The translations under genes and the position numbers were made by a program. The notes beneath the pieces are model-generated. The model saw only the letters and a list, made by a program, of their open reading frames with translations, was not told the DNA's origin and made no database searches. Shown here one piece after another: positions 17,535 through 28,786 of a stretch of 64,000 bases of DNA (its first letter is position 1; each line of letters starts with the position of its first letter). The stretch lies in contig JBMNTT010000001.1 of NCBI GenBank assembly GCA_050945875.1, positions 28,580 to 92,579 of the forward strand. Reading direction: 5' to 3'. The DNA is from Christensenellales bacterium. Its GTDB lineage: Bacteria; Bacillota; Clostridia; Christensenellales; JBMNTT01.

Positions 17535-17845
17535 TAAAAAAGCCTTTCGTCCCAAAAATATGGGACGAAAGGCACATCCACTGCGCGCTCCGCGGTACCA
17601 CCCAAATAGGCTGAAGCTTCAGCCCACTCAATCCAATTATGGTCTGCGGCGGTTAACGGGCCGCAACCCCGTCGAAGCCTACTTGCCCGAGGGCTTTGGG
17701 TTCGCCGCTCCGGGATGTTCTTCCACCCAACCGCTCGCACCGGGCTCTCAGCATCCCCGGCTCTCTGGGCCTTGCGGCTGGGCTTACTCTTCCCATCATC
17801 GCGCTTATCGTGTGCGTCCGGCGCTGGCGCCGAACGGATGATTCA
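17535..17845 (-). promoter_or_regulatory. T-box riboswitch leader (apparent Asn/AAC specifier) controlling aspS-gatC-gatA-gatB
   Basis: The following are read on the minus strand. The Stem I elements are GCGAUGA, AAGAGUA, AGAGAG and GGUGCGA. The specifier loop is GGAAG-AAC-A (AAC at 17719-17717). The T-box sequence is UUUGGGUGGUACCGCG (GGGTGGTACCGCG at 17603-17591). The terminator GCCTTTCGTCCC-loop-GGGACGAAAGGC (17573-17542) is followed by TTTTTT. Confidence 0.85.
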
Positions 17846-17848
17846 TTT

Positions 17849-17876
17849 ATTATAGCGCTATTTTCCCCTCTGTCAA
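17849..17876 (-). promoter_or_regulatory. Consensus sigma-A promoter driving the T-box leader
   Basis: On the minus strand, TTGACA (17876-17871) is separated by a 16-nt spacer from TATAAT (17854-17849). Confidence 0.7.
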
Positions 17877-17920
17877 GGGGTTTATGCGCATCTGCCCGTG
17901 AACAAACCCGTCCGGCCTCC

Positions 17921-18793
17921 TCAGCTCTCGCGCGGCTTGCCCATAAAGGTGAAGGCCAGGGTGCCCGGGCCTGCATGGGTCCCGATGACCGGGCCGACAT
18001 AGTCCAGCCACACCTCGGCAAAGTTCATCTCCTCGCGCACCATCTGCTCGAGCTTGCGGGCCTCGTCGATGCAATCGGCGTGCAGGATGCACAGCACGTT
18101 GTGCTCCGGGTCCTCGGCCAGCTCCTCCAGGCGCTTGAGCAGGGTGCGCATGGCCTTTTTGCGGCCGATGACCTTCTCGGCCACCACCAGCTGTCCCTGG
18201 CGATTGACGGTCAGCACGGGCTTGAGGTTGACCAGGGTGCCCACCGCCGCCGCCGCGCCCGACAGCCGGCCGCCGCGCTTGAGGTGGAACAGGTCGTCCA
18301 CGGTGAACCAGTGCTGGGCGCGCATCTTGTTGTTCTCCAGCCACAGGGTGATCTCCTCGATGCTGGAGCCGGCCTCGCGCATTTGGAGCGCCTTGTACAC
18401 CAGCAGCGCCGCGCCCCGGGAGATGCTCTTGGTATCCACCAGGGTGACGGTGCGCTCCGGGTAGGTCTGCTTGACCATCTCCCGGGCCATCTCCACATGG
18501 CTGAACACGCTCGACAGCCCCGAGGAAAAGCAGATGAACAGGATGTCGTTGCCCGCCTCGAGCATGGGCTGCCAGAAGTCCACGTAAAACTGCGGGCTGT
18601 AGGTCGAGGTGATGGGCATGGACCCGCCCCGCACCCGCTTGTAGAAATCCTGGATGTCGATCTTCTCCCCCAGGTCGTAGGTATACTCGACCCCGTCGAG
18701 AGTGTAAGGCATCTGCACCACGGGGATGTCATATTTCTGCTTGAGCCACAGGGGAATCTCGGTGTTGGAATCGGTCATGATGATGGTGGGCAT
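17921..18793 (-). CDS. DegV family fatty-acid-binding protein
   Basis: The 290 aa protein reads MPTIIMTDSNTEIP...ITSTYSPQFYVDFW...GTHAGPGTLAFTF, the typical DegV layout. Confidence 0.85.
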   Translation of the reverse strand: MPTIIMTDSNTEIPLWLKQKYDIPVVQMPYTLDGVEYTYDLGEKIDIQDFYKRVRGGSMPITSTYSPQFYVDFWQPMLEAGNDILFICFSSGLSSVFSHVEMAREMVKQTYPERTVTLVDTKSISRGAALLVYKALQMREAGSSIEEITLWLENNKMRAQHWFTVDDLFHLKRGGRLSGAAAAVGTLVNLKPVLTVNRQGQLVVAEKVIGRKKAMRTLLKRLEELAEDPEHNVLCILHADCIDEARKLEQMVREEMNFAEVWLDYVGPVIGTHAGPGTLAFTFMGKPRES

Positions 18794-18935
18794 TGGCGTC
18801 TCCTCTCTTGCGCACCGCAGATATCGCTTCTATCCAATTATCTTATCATGGGCTGGGCGCAATAGCAAATCGATCAGCGAAAATTTCCGCTTTCCAAGAT
18901 ATACGCGCATCCGAACCAATTGTTCCCGGATGGGC

Positions 18936-18970
18936 AAAAGGCGGCGCGTCCCGCAATGGGGCGCGCCGCC
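18936..18970 (-). terminator. Intrinsic terminator after uvrA
   Basis: On the minus strand the hairpin GGCGGCGCG-13 nt-CGCGCCGCC is followed by TTTT. Confidence 0.6.
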
Positions 18971-18978
18971 TTACAGGG

Positions 18979-21813
<2,835 letters not shown>

Positions 21814-21826
21814 GCGTAAATCTCCT

Positions 21827-23815
21827 TTATCGTTGCTGTTCTTTCAGGGCCTTGATCCGATCGCGAAGCTCCGCCGCTCGCTCGAACTCCAGGGCCGCGG
21901 CGGCCTGCTTCATCTCCTCCTCCAGCTTGGCCACGATGACGTCGGGCTTTTCAGCGGCCTGGCCGTCCTTGCCCCGGCGCTTGCGCTTAGGCGCGCCGGT
22001 CTCGTCCTCGGGCTTGGAGGAGATCATCTGGATGACGTCAGCCACTTCCTTGTGGATGGACTGGGGCGTGATGCCATGGATGCGGTTGAACTCCATCTGG
22101 AGGATGCGTCGGCGATTGGTCTCGTTGATCGCCCGGTGCATGGAATCGGTGATGGTGTCGGCGTACATGATGACCCGGCCCCGGTCGTTGCGCGCGGCGC
22201 GGCCGATGGTCTGCACCAGGGAGGTCTCGCTGCGCAGGAAGCCCTCCTTGTCGGCGTCCAAGATGGCCACCAGGGAGACCTCGGGCAGGTCCAAGCCCTC
22301 GCGCAGCAGGTTGATGCCCACCAGCACGTCGAACTTGCCCAGGCGCAGGTCCCGGATGATCTCCATGCGCTCGATGTTCTCCACGTCCGAGTGCAAATAG
22401 CGCACCTTGACGCCCATGTCCTTCAAATAGTTGGTCAGGCTCTCGGCCATTTTCTTGGTCAGGGTGGTGATCAGCACGCGGTAGCCCGCCTGGGTTTCCT
22501 TGTGGATCTCGCCCAGCAGGTCGTCGATCTGTCCGTCGATGGGCCGGACGATGACCTCCGGGTCGATCAGGCCGGTGGGGCGGATGATCTGCTCGACCAC
22601 CTGGCCGGCCCGGGCGGTCTCGTAGGGACCCGGGGTGGCGCTGATGTAGATGGTCTGGCCGATGCGCTCCTCGAACTCGGAGAACTTCAGCGGCCGGTTG
22701 TCAAAGGCGGCGGGCAGGCGGAAGCCATACTCCACCAGAGCCTGCTTGCGGGAGTAATCCCCGGCGTACATCGCCCGCACCTGGGGCACGGTGACGTGGC
22801 TCTCATCGATCATGAGCAGAAAGTCCTCCGGGAAGTAGCTCAGCAGCGTGAAGGGCGGCTCGCCGGGCTTGCGCCCATCCATGTAGCGCGAGTAGTTCTC
22901 GATGCCGCTGCAGTAGCCGATCTCCCGGATCATTTCGATGTCGTAGCTGGTGCGCTGCTCCAGGCGCTGGGCCTCCAGCAGCTTGTCCTGGGCCTTGAAG
23001 GCCGCCACCCGCTCGTACATGTCGGCTTCGATCTGGCCGATCACCTGGTCCATCTTCTCCCGGCTGGTGGCGTAATGGGTGGCCGGGAAGATGGCCACAT
23101 GGTTGAGCAGGGTGGTCATCTGGCCGGTGACCACATCGATCTCCCCGATGCGCTCGATCTCGTCGCCGAAGAACTCGATGCGAATGGCCCTGTCCGCCAA
23201 GTTGGAGGGGAAGACCTCCAGCACATCCCCCCGCACCCGGAAGGTGTTGCGCACAAAGTTGACGTCGTTGCGCTCATACTGAATATCCACCAGCTTGCGG
23301 ATGACCTCGTCGCGGTCCTTCTGCATCCCGGGGCGCAGGGAGACCGACAGATTCAGGTACTCCTCGGGGTTGCCCAGCCCATAGATGCAGCTGACCGAGG
23401 CCACGATGATGACATCCCGCCGCTCCTGCAGGGCGAAGGTCGCCGAGTGTCGCAGCCGGTCAATCTCCTCGTTGATGGCCGAGTCCTTCTCTATATAGGT
23501 GTCGCTGGAGGGGATGTAGGCCTCAGGTTGATAATAATCGTAATAGGAGACGAAATACTCCACCGCGTTTTCCGGAAAGAACTCCCGAAACTCGCTGCAT
23601 AGCTGGGCCGCCAGGGTTTTGTTGTGGGCGATAACCAGGGTAGGCCGCTGCACCCGCTCGATGACGTTGGCCATGGTGAAGGTCTTGCCCGAACCGGTGA
23701 CCCCCAGCAAAATCTGGTCCTTGAGCCCATCGGTGAGGCCCTCGACCAGTTTGTCGATGGCCGCGGGCTGATCGCCTTGGGGAGAGTATTTTGAATGAAT
23801 CTTGAACGCGCCCAT
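21827..23815 (-). CDS. uvrB: Excinuclease ABC subunit B
   Basis: The ATG at 23815 follows CAGGAGG. The sequence reads [26 protein letters not shown]...[12 protein letters not shown]...C-terminal UVR domain. The track's 39-codon N-terminal extension is leader sequence. Confidence 0.95.
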   Translation of the reverse strand: MGAFKIHSKYSPQGDQPAAIDKLVEGLTDGLKDQILLGVTGSGKTFTMANVIERVQRPTLVIAHNKTLAAQLCSEFREFFPENAVEYFVSYYDYYQPEAYIPSSDTYIEKDSAINEEIDRLRHSATFALQERRDVIIVASVSCIYGLGNPEEYLNLSVSLRPGMQKDRDEVIRKLVDIQYERNDVNFVRNTFRVRGDVLEVFPSNLADRAIRIEFFGDEIERIGEIDVVTGQMTTLLNHVAIFPATHYATSREKMDQVIGQIEADMYERVAAFKAQDKLLEAQRLEQRTSYDIEMIREIGYCSGIENYSRYMDGRKPGEPPFTLLSYFPEDFLLMIDESHVTVPQVRAMYAGDYSRKQALVEYGFRLPAAFDNRPLKFSEFEERIGQTIYISATPGPYETARAGQVVEQIIRPTGLIDPEVIVRPIDGQIDDLLGEIHKETQAGYRVLITTLTKKMAESLTNYLKDMGVKVRYLHSDVENIERMEIIRDLRLGKFDVLVGINLLREGLDLPEVSLVAILDADKEGFLRSETSLVQTIGRAARNDRGRVIMYADTITDSMHRAINETNRRRILQMEFNRIHGITPQSIHKEVADVIQMISSKPEDETGAPKRKRRGKDGQAAEKPDVIVAKLEEEMKQAAAALEFERAAELRDRIKALKEQQR

Positions 23816-23857
23816 ATCGGCCTCCTGAACAAAAATCGAAACGGTGGAACGGCTTCT

Positions 23858-23896
23858 ATTATAGCAGAAGCCAGCCAAAATTGAAACGCTTGTTCG
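23858..23896 (-). promoter_or_regulatory. uvrBA promoter with an overlapping LexA (Cheo/DinR) box
   Basis: On the minus strand, CGAACAAGCGTTTC (23896-23883) matches the Bacillus consensus CGAACRNRYGTTYC at every defined position. TATAAT lies at 23863-23858. Confidence 0.6.
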
Positions 23897-23982
23897 CAGT
23901 TTTCCAGGAATTTTCTTGATAAATTCTGACAATGATGCGACAAAAAGCGCCGATTCACGCTCGGCGCTCTCCCACCACGGGA

Positions 23983-24358
23983 TCAGATCTCCGGGTCAAT
24001 CCCAAACTGGCGCGCGATGCTCTCCAATCCGTCCAGGATTTCCTCGCGGGCGAAGTCCCCGCGCTCCAGTTCCTCGTCGTCCAGCTCGCTCAGGCGCTGG
24101 TAGTAGTCCATCGCCACGGCCAGAAACGCCGGCTCGGGGACGAACCGCTCAAAGAGCAGGTTCTCCCCGCCGTTGTAGTCCCCCTGAGCGATGCAATCGA
24201 TCAGCCGCAGCCACAGCCGGTCAGCGTCGGTAAGCGTCGGTAAGCGCTCGCTCGTCGGCGATCTGGTAGGGTTCGGGCTCACGGCCGAACGCCACGCGCG
24301 CCACGAACCGCGCCAGCATCTCGATCTGGCGCAGGATATAGTCCTGCTGGTAGCGCAT
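23983..24358 (-). pseudogene. Small helical protein gene (DUF6483-like by recollection) split by a 10-bp tandem duplication
   Basis: The frame from the ATG at 24358 (MRYQQDYILRQIEMLARFVARVAFG...) stops at 24221-24223. The continuation ...DRLWLRLIDCIAQGDYNGGENLLFE...GIDPEI lies in another frame. Deleting one copy of CTTACCGACG restores a single ORF of about 121 aa. Confidence 0.7.
24224..24246. repeat. 10-bp direct tandem duplication (2.3 copies)
   Basis: The plus strand reads gcgtcggtaa gcgtcggtaa gcg. Confidence 0.9.
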
Positions 24359-24361
24359 CGC

Positions 24362-24658
24362 TTATTCCTCCTCGAAGTCCACGCTCACCGAGCGGGCCAC
24401 CAGCTCATGGATGCGCGCCCGCACGGGCTGGTGGGCGGGATGGGCCTGGTACGCCGCCAGGTCCGCCAGGCTGTCGAACGTCATGATCAGCGCCAGGTCG
24501 TAGCTGCGCTCGCTATGGCGCACGTCCTCCCCCACCCGCACCGAGCGGACGCAGGGAATCTTCTCCTCCAAGCTCATCCACAGCGCCCGGGCCTCGTCCT
24601 TGTGGGCCTGGGTCGCCTCCTTGAGCTGATAACAAACCACATGGGTCAGCATAAGCAC
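24362..24658 (-). CDS. Dabb (stress-responsive alpha/beta barrel) family protein
   Basis: The sequence is MLTHVVCYQLKE...VGEDV...YDLALIMTFDSLADLAAYQAHPAH, about 97 aa. Its stop lies 3 nt before the next ATG. Confidence 0.7.
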   Translation of the reverse strand: MLMLTHVVCYQLKEATQAHKDEARALWMSLEEKIPCVRSVRVGEDVRHSERSYDLALIMTFDSLADLAAYQAHPAHQPVRARIHELVARSVSVDFEEE

Positions 24659-24712
24659 GCCTCCTTCTCCCCTCCATTGTAGCAGACCGATCCCCTCCCG
24701 CCAAGGCCGCCC

Positions 24713-24741
24713 TTGCAGGGGTTCAGGAAAAAGGTTATACT
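24713..24741 (+). promoter_or_regulatory. Sigma-A type promoter for the XRE-cupin/GH35 unit
   Basis: TTGCAG is separated by a 17-nt spacer from TATACT. Confidence 0.5.
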
Positions 24742-24779
24742 GTCGGTAGCCAGCAACACTTGCGAAGGGAGTGTTTTGA

Positions 24780-25337
24780 ATGAACGCCCAAGTACAGCAG
24801 ATTGCCGCCCGAATGCGCGAGCTGCGCGATACGGTGGATTACACCATGGCCCAGATGGCCGAGGCCTGCGGCGTGGACGAGGCGACCTACGCCGCCTACG
24901 AGCAGGGGGGGATCGACATCCCCATCGGTTTTCTCATCGAGATGGCCGGCCGCTTCCACATGGATGTGACCGTGCTGCTGACCGGGGAGGAGCCCAAGCT
25001 GCACACCTACTGCCTGACCCGCGCGGGCAAGGGCATCAAGGTGGAGCGCAATCCCCACTATAGCTATCAGTCCTTGGCGTACAACTTCATCAACAAGCAG
25101 TCCGAGCCGCTGTATGTGGTGGTGGACCCCGAGCCCGCCGGCGCGCCCATCCCGGTCAACAGCCATCCCGGGCAGGAGTTCGACTATATCCTCAGAGGCA
25201 CCATGCGCATGATGATCGGCGGCAAGGAGATGGTGCTCAACGCCGGGGACTCGATCTTCTTTGACTCCGCCAGCCCTCACGGCATGCTGGCCGTGGGCGA
25301 GGAGCCGGTGCATTTTCTGGCCATCGTCTACTCATAA
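24780..25337 (+). CDS. XRE-family HTH transcriptional regulator with a C-terminal cupin domain
   Basis: The N-terminal HTH reads IAARMRELRDTVDYTMAQMAEACGVDEATYAAYEQG. The cupin region reads HPGQEFDYILRGTMRM...GDSIFFDSASPHG. Confidence 0.8.
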   Translation: MNAQVQQIAARMRELRDTVDYTMAQMAEACGVDEATYAAYEQGGIDIPIGFLIEMAGRFHMDVTVLLTGEEPKLHTYCLTRAGKGIKVERNPHYSYQSLAYNFINKQSEPLYVVVDPEPAGAPIPVNSHPGQEFDYILRGTMRMMIGGKEMVLNAGDSIFFDSASPHGMLAVGEEPVHFLAIVYS

Positions 25338-25360
25338 ACCAACGATAAGGAGAATCCGCC

Positions 25361-27112
25361 ATGGCGAAGCTGACCTATGACGAGCACACCTTTTTGATGG
25401 ACGGGGAGCCCTTCCGCATCCTCTCCGGCGCGCTGCACTATTTCCGCGTGCCCCGGGCCTACTGGCGCGACCGGCTGCACAAGCTGCGCCTCCTGGGCCT
25501 GAACACCGTGGAGACCTATGTGGCCTGGAACCTGCACGAGCCCATGCCCGGGGAGTTTGATTTCTCCGGGGACCTGGACCTGGAGGCCTTTATCCAGGAG
25601 GCCCAGCAGGAGGGGCTGTACGTTATCGTGCGGCCGGGGCCCTATATCTGCGCCGAGTGGGAGTTCGGCGGGCTGCCCTGGTGGCTATTGTGCGACAGCA
25701 ACGTGCGCCTGCGCTGCTTTAACCAGCCCTACCTGAAGGCCGTGGACCGGTTCTTCGACGAACTGATCGCCCGGATCGTGCCCCTGCAGTCCACCCAGGG
25801 CGGCCCGGTGATCGCCGTGCAGGTGGAAAACGAGTACGGCAGCTATGGCAACGACAAGGCCTACCTCTCCTACCTGGACGAAGGCCTGATCCGCCGGGGC
25901 GTTGAGGTGCTGCGCTTCACCTCCGACGGGCCCAGCGACACCATGCTCACCGGCGGCACCCTGCCCGAGGTGCTCAAGACCGCGAACTTCGGCTCCAAGC
26001 CGGTGCCGGCCTTCTACAAGCTGCGCCAGCACCAGCCCCAGGGCCCGCTGATGTGCACCGAGTTCTGGAACGGGTGGTTCGACCACTGGCGCGAGGAGCA
26101 TCACACCCGCGACGCCCAGGATGCCGCCCAGACCCTGGACGCCATGATGGCCATGGGCGCCTCGGTCAACCTCTACATGTTCCACGGCGGCACCAATTTC
26201 GGCTTCATGAACGGCGCGAACAACATGGACGACTATCAGCCCACCATCAACAGCTACGACTATGACAGCCCCCTGACCGAGGCGGGCGACCCCGGCGAGA
26301 AATACTGGGCCTTCCGCCAGGTGCTGGGCAAGTATGTCCCCCTGCCCGAGGTGGATTTCCCCGAGCGCGCGCCCAAGGCGGCCTACGGCGAGATCGCCCT
26401 GACCGAGGCGGCGACGCTGTTTGACAACCTGGCCAACCTGTCCATGCCCCGGGAGCTGACCACCCCCGAGCCCATGGAGCTGCTGGGCCAGGGCTACGGC
26501 TACATCCACTACGCCACCTTCGTGCCCGGCCCCCGGGAGAAGCAGAAGCTGGTCCTGCAGGACGTGCACGACCGCGCCTACATCTACGTCAACGGGCAGT
26601 TCAAGGGCATCTACATGCGCGACGAGGACAGCCCGGCCATCCAGATCGAGACCCCCGCCGAGGGCGTGCAGCTGGACATCCTGGTGGAGAACATGGGGCG
26701 CACCAACTATGGCTACCGCATGGTGGACCGCAAGGGCATCACCGAGGGCGTGCGCCTGGACCAGATGTTCCTCTACCACTTCCTGGTGCATCCCCTGCCC
26801 ATGGACGATCTTTCCGGGCTGGGCTTTGCGCCGGTGAAGGATTTCACCTTCACCACGCCGACCTTTCTGCGCGGCCAGCTGCACATCGACGGCCAGCCCC
26901 AGGACACCTACCTGAAACTGCCGGGATTCGGCAAGGGCATTGTGGTGGTCAACGGCCGGGTACTCTCGCGCTACTGGAACCGCGGCCCTCAGCGCACCTG
27001 TTACCTGCCCGCGCCCTGGCTGCGCAGCGGGGACAACGAGATCATCGTCTTCGAGTGCGAGGGTGTGGAGCGACTGGCCATCCAGAGCGTGGACGCCCCT
27101 GAGTTGGGCTGA
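25361..27112 (+). CDS. Beta-galactosidase, glycoside hydrolase family 35
   Basis: The GH35 N-terminal hallmark is present: FRILSGALHYFRVPRAYWRDRLHKLRLLGLNTVETYVAWNLHEP...GPYICAEWEFGGLPWWL. There is no signal peptide. Confidence 0.9.
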   Translation: MAKLTYDEHTFLMDGEPFRILSGALHYFRVPRAYWRDRLHKLRLLGLNTVETYVAWNLHEPMPGEFDFSGDLDLEAFIQEAQQEGLYVIVRPGPYICAEWEFGGLPWWLLCDSNVRLRCFNQPYLKAVDRFFDELIARIVPLQSTQGGPVIAVQVENEYGSYGNDKAYLSYLDEGLIRRGVEVLRFTSDGPSDTMLTGGTLPEVLKTANFGSKPVPAFYKLRQHQPQGPLMCTEFWNGWFDHWREEHHTRDAQDAAQTLDAMMAMGASVNLYMFHGGTNFGFMNGANNMDDYQPTINSYDYDSPLTEAGDPGEKYWAFRQVLGKYVPLPEVDFPERAPKAAYGEIALTEAATLFDNLANLSMPRELTTPEPMELLGQGYGYIHYATFVPGPREKQKLVLQDVHDRAYIYVNGQFKGIYMRDEDSPAIQIETPAEGVQLDILVENMGRTNYGYRMVDRKGITEGVRLDQMFLYHFLVHPLPMDDLSGLGFAPVKDFTFTTPTFLRGQLHIDGQPQDTYLKLPGFGKGIVVVNGRVLSRYWNRGPQRTCYLPAPWLRSGDNEIIVFECEGVERLAIQSVDAPELG

Positions 27113-27624
27113 ATTATCCGCCAGTCAAGAGCACAGGCCGCAGGCAAATCGCCTGCGGCCTGTTTTGCGTCGTCGGGCCGGTAGATCAGATAGGGAACCT
27201 CCCCGCTTCGGTCGAGGGAGAAATAGGGCTGGCAGAGGCTGTCGATGCGGATATAGCCCCCGTCCAGGTCGCCCATGTCCAGGCCGTAGCCCAGTTGGCT
27301 GGTGTACCCGTAGACATAGCAGACCACCTGCCCCTGCCGCACGAAGACCGCCTGCTGCATCCCCTCGCTGACCGTCTCGCGCAGACCGGCGAAGTCCAGC
27401 GCCATCACCCGGGTCATGCGCTCCCGGCTGGTGTAGGGGGCAAAGACATAGACCGTGTCCCACGCAAAGGGGGTCAACTCCGTCAGGGCGATCGGCCCGG
27501 CCGTCTGGCAGGCGCTGATCCGCCAGCCCAGGGCCCGGGCGTTGCGCCGCCAGGCCGGCTCGGCGCATCCGGTCAGCAGCCCGCCCAGCAGCAGCGCGGC
27601 CATCAGGCGCATCCAGCGTTTCAC
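27001..27624 (-). CDS. Putative lipoprotein; the 3' end is uncertain because the ORF reads through the GH35 terminator and 112 nt of the GH35 3' end
   Basis: The sequence MKRWMRLMAALLLGGLLTGC|A carries a lipobox. There is no in-frame stop until 27001. Confidence 0.55.
   Translation of the reverse strand: MKRWMRLMAALLLGGLLTGCAEPAWRRNARALGWRISACQTAGPIALTELTPFAWDTVYVFAPYTSRERMTRVMALDFAGLRETVSEGMQQAVFVRQGQVVCYVYGYTSQLGYGLDMGDLDGGYIRIDSLCQPYFSLDRSGEVPYLIYRPDDAKQAAGDLPAACALDWRIIQPNSGASTLWMASRSTPSHSKTMISLSPLRSQGAGR
27133..27166 (+). terminator. Intrinsic terminator after the GH35 gene
   Basis: The 13-bp stem ACAGGCCGCAGGC-aaatc-GCCTGCGGCCTGT is followed by TTT. Confidence 0.65.
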
Positions 27625-27682
27625 AAGCGCTCACCTCCGACCCCAGGATACCATGCCGGGGCGCGTCTTGCGTGAAGATCCC

Positions 27683-27985
27683 TTAATCTTCCCAGCCCAG
27701 CTGGGCCAGGGTGGGCGGATCCTCCCGCTTCCAGTACCGCCGCCCATCCGGGGTGCGGTCGAGAAACTGGCCGTCGTACAGGTCGCGCCGAAGGGTGCAG
27801 GGGTCGCAAAAGGTGTGCCGCGCCAGCAGCAGCTCGTTGAGCTCCCGCTCGGCGTAAGGGCCCGCCGGCAGCTGATTCGCCAGGTACCAGAGGACCAGTT
27901 TCTGCATTTTTCGCTTGGCGGGCATCTGTCTGACCCGCCCGGTCTCGTCGAGAAAGGGTTTGAGTTTTCCGATCACATCCATCAT
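27683..27985 (-). CDS. DUF2087 domain-containing protein
   Basis: The ATG at 27985 lies just after GAGAGGAG. The sequence reads MMDVIGKLKPFLDETGRVRQMPAKRKMQKLVLWYLANQL...YAERELNELL...DPCTLRRDLYDGQFLDRTPDGRRYW. Confidence 0.65.
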   Translation of the reverse strand: MMDVIGKLKPFLDETGRVRQMPAKRKMQKLVLWYLANQLPAGPYAERELNELLLARHTFCDPCTLRRDLYDGQFLDRTPDGRRYWKREDPPTLAQLGWED

Positions 27986-27995
27986 GATGCTCCTC

Positions 27996-28751
27996 TCAGG
28001 CAATGCGCCAGTACGCCCGGCCGTCCTGGGTGCGCCCCATCAGGCCGTACTCGATCAGGTAGCGGCGAATGGTGACATAATCGTCATAGATCGCCGCAAG
28101 CACCTCGTTGACCTCCCGCTCGGTGTAGCGCCGGCCCGGCTCAAACTGCTCAACGATGCGCAGCAGCGCCACGACCTTCTTCTTCTCCTTGGCGGAAAAC
28201 ACCCGCAGCCTGAGGGGATCCAGGCTGGAAAACACGCTGCCCAGAATCTGCTCCCGCTCGGCCTCGGTGATCTGAAAGCGCTCATCCACCATGCGCGCGC
28301 CCGCCGGCGGAGTGATCAACGCCTCCTGGGGCGGCTGCGCGTGGTTATCGCGCAGGTCCTCCATCATCTGATACAGCGCCAGATACTGCATCGCCTGGCG
28401 CGCCTTCTCTCGCAGCACGAAGCGCTGGTGGCGTACCGTCGCGGGGGTCACCCCCTGGCGCTGGGCGATCTGCGCGTCGGTCAGGCCCTGGGCCATCAGG
28501 GCCATGACCTCCCGCTCCCGGCCGCTCAGGCCGTGGACCTTCTTATCCCGGTCCAGCAGCTGGGTGAAGCGGTCTGCGTGGGCCTGGGCCACATGGGCGC
28601 GGACCGCACCCTTGGCGCTGTACCCCTCCCCGGCCAGGGTATAGACATGCCCGCGGACAAACACCTGCCCGCAGGCCAGGCAGCGGTACGCCTCCCCCTG
28701 ACGGGCGTAGCCTCTTGCCAATTCCTGCAAGGTTTTTGCGGTAAAACCCAA
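27996..28751 (-). CDS. LuxR-type HTH regulator fused to a C-terminal DUF2087 domain
   Basis: The LuxR HTH is LSGREREVMALMAQGLTDAQIAQRQGVTPATVRHQRF. The C-terminal part, KKKVVALLRIVEQFEPGRRYTEREVNEVLAAIYDDYVTIRRYLIEYGLMGRTQDGRAYW, is paralogous to the downstream gene. Confidence 0.7.
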   Translation of the reverse strand: MGFTAKTLQELARGYARQGEAYRCLACGQVFVRGHVYTLAGEGYSAKGAVRAHVAQAHADRFTQLLDRDKKVHGLSGREREVMALMAQGLTDAQIAQRQGVTPATVRHQRFVLREKARQAMQYLALYQMMEDLRDNHAQPPQEALITPPAGARMVDERFQITEAEREQILGSVFSSLDPLRLRVFSAKEKKKVVALLRIVEQFEPGRRYTEREVNEVLAAIYDDYVTIRRYLIEYGLMGRTQDGRAYWRIA

Positions 28752-28786
28752 CGCGTCTCAACTCCGTTCATTCATTCTATAAACCA

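Noticed and set aside
17504-17740. The 79-codon N-terminal extension of the aspS ORF in the track (MRAVGWKNIPERR...).
   Set aside because: This stretch is the T-box leader, including the T-box sequence and terminator. The real start is the ATG at 17503, behind GACGAGGAGG.
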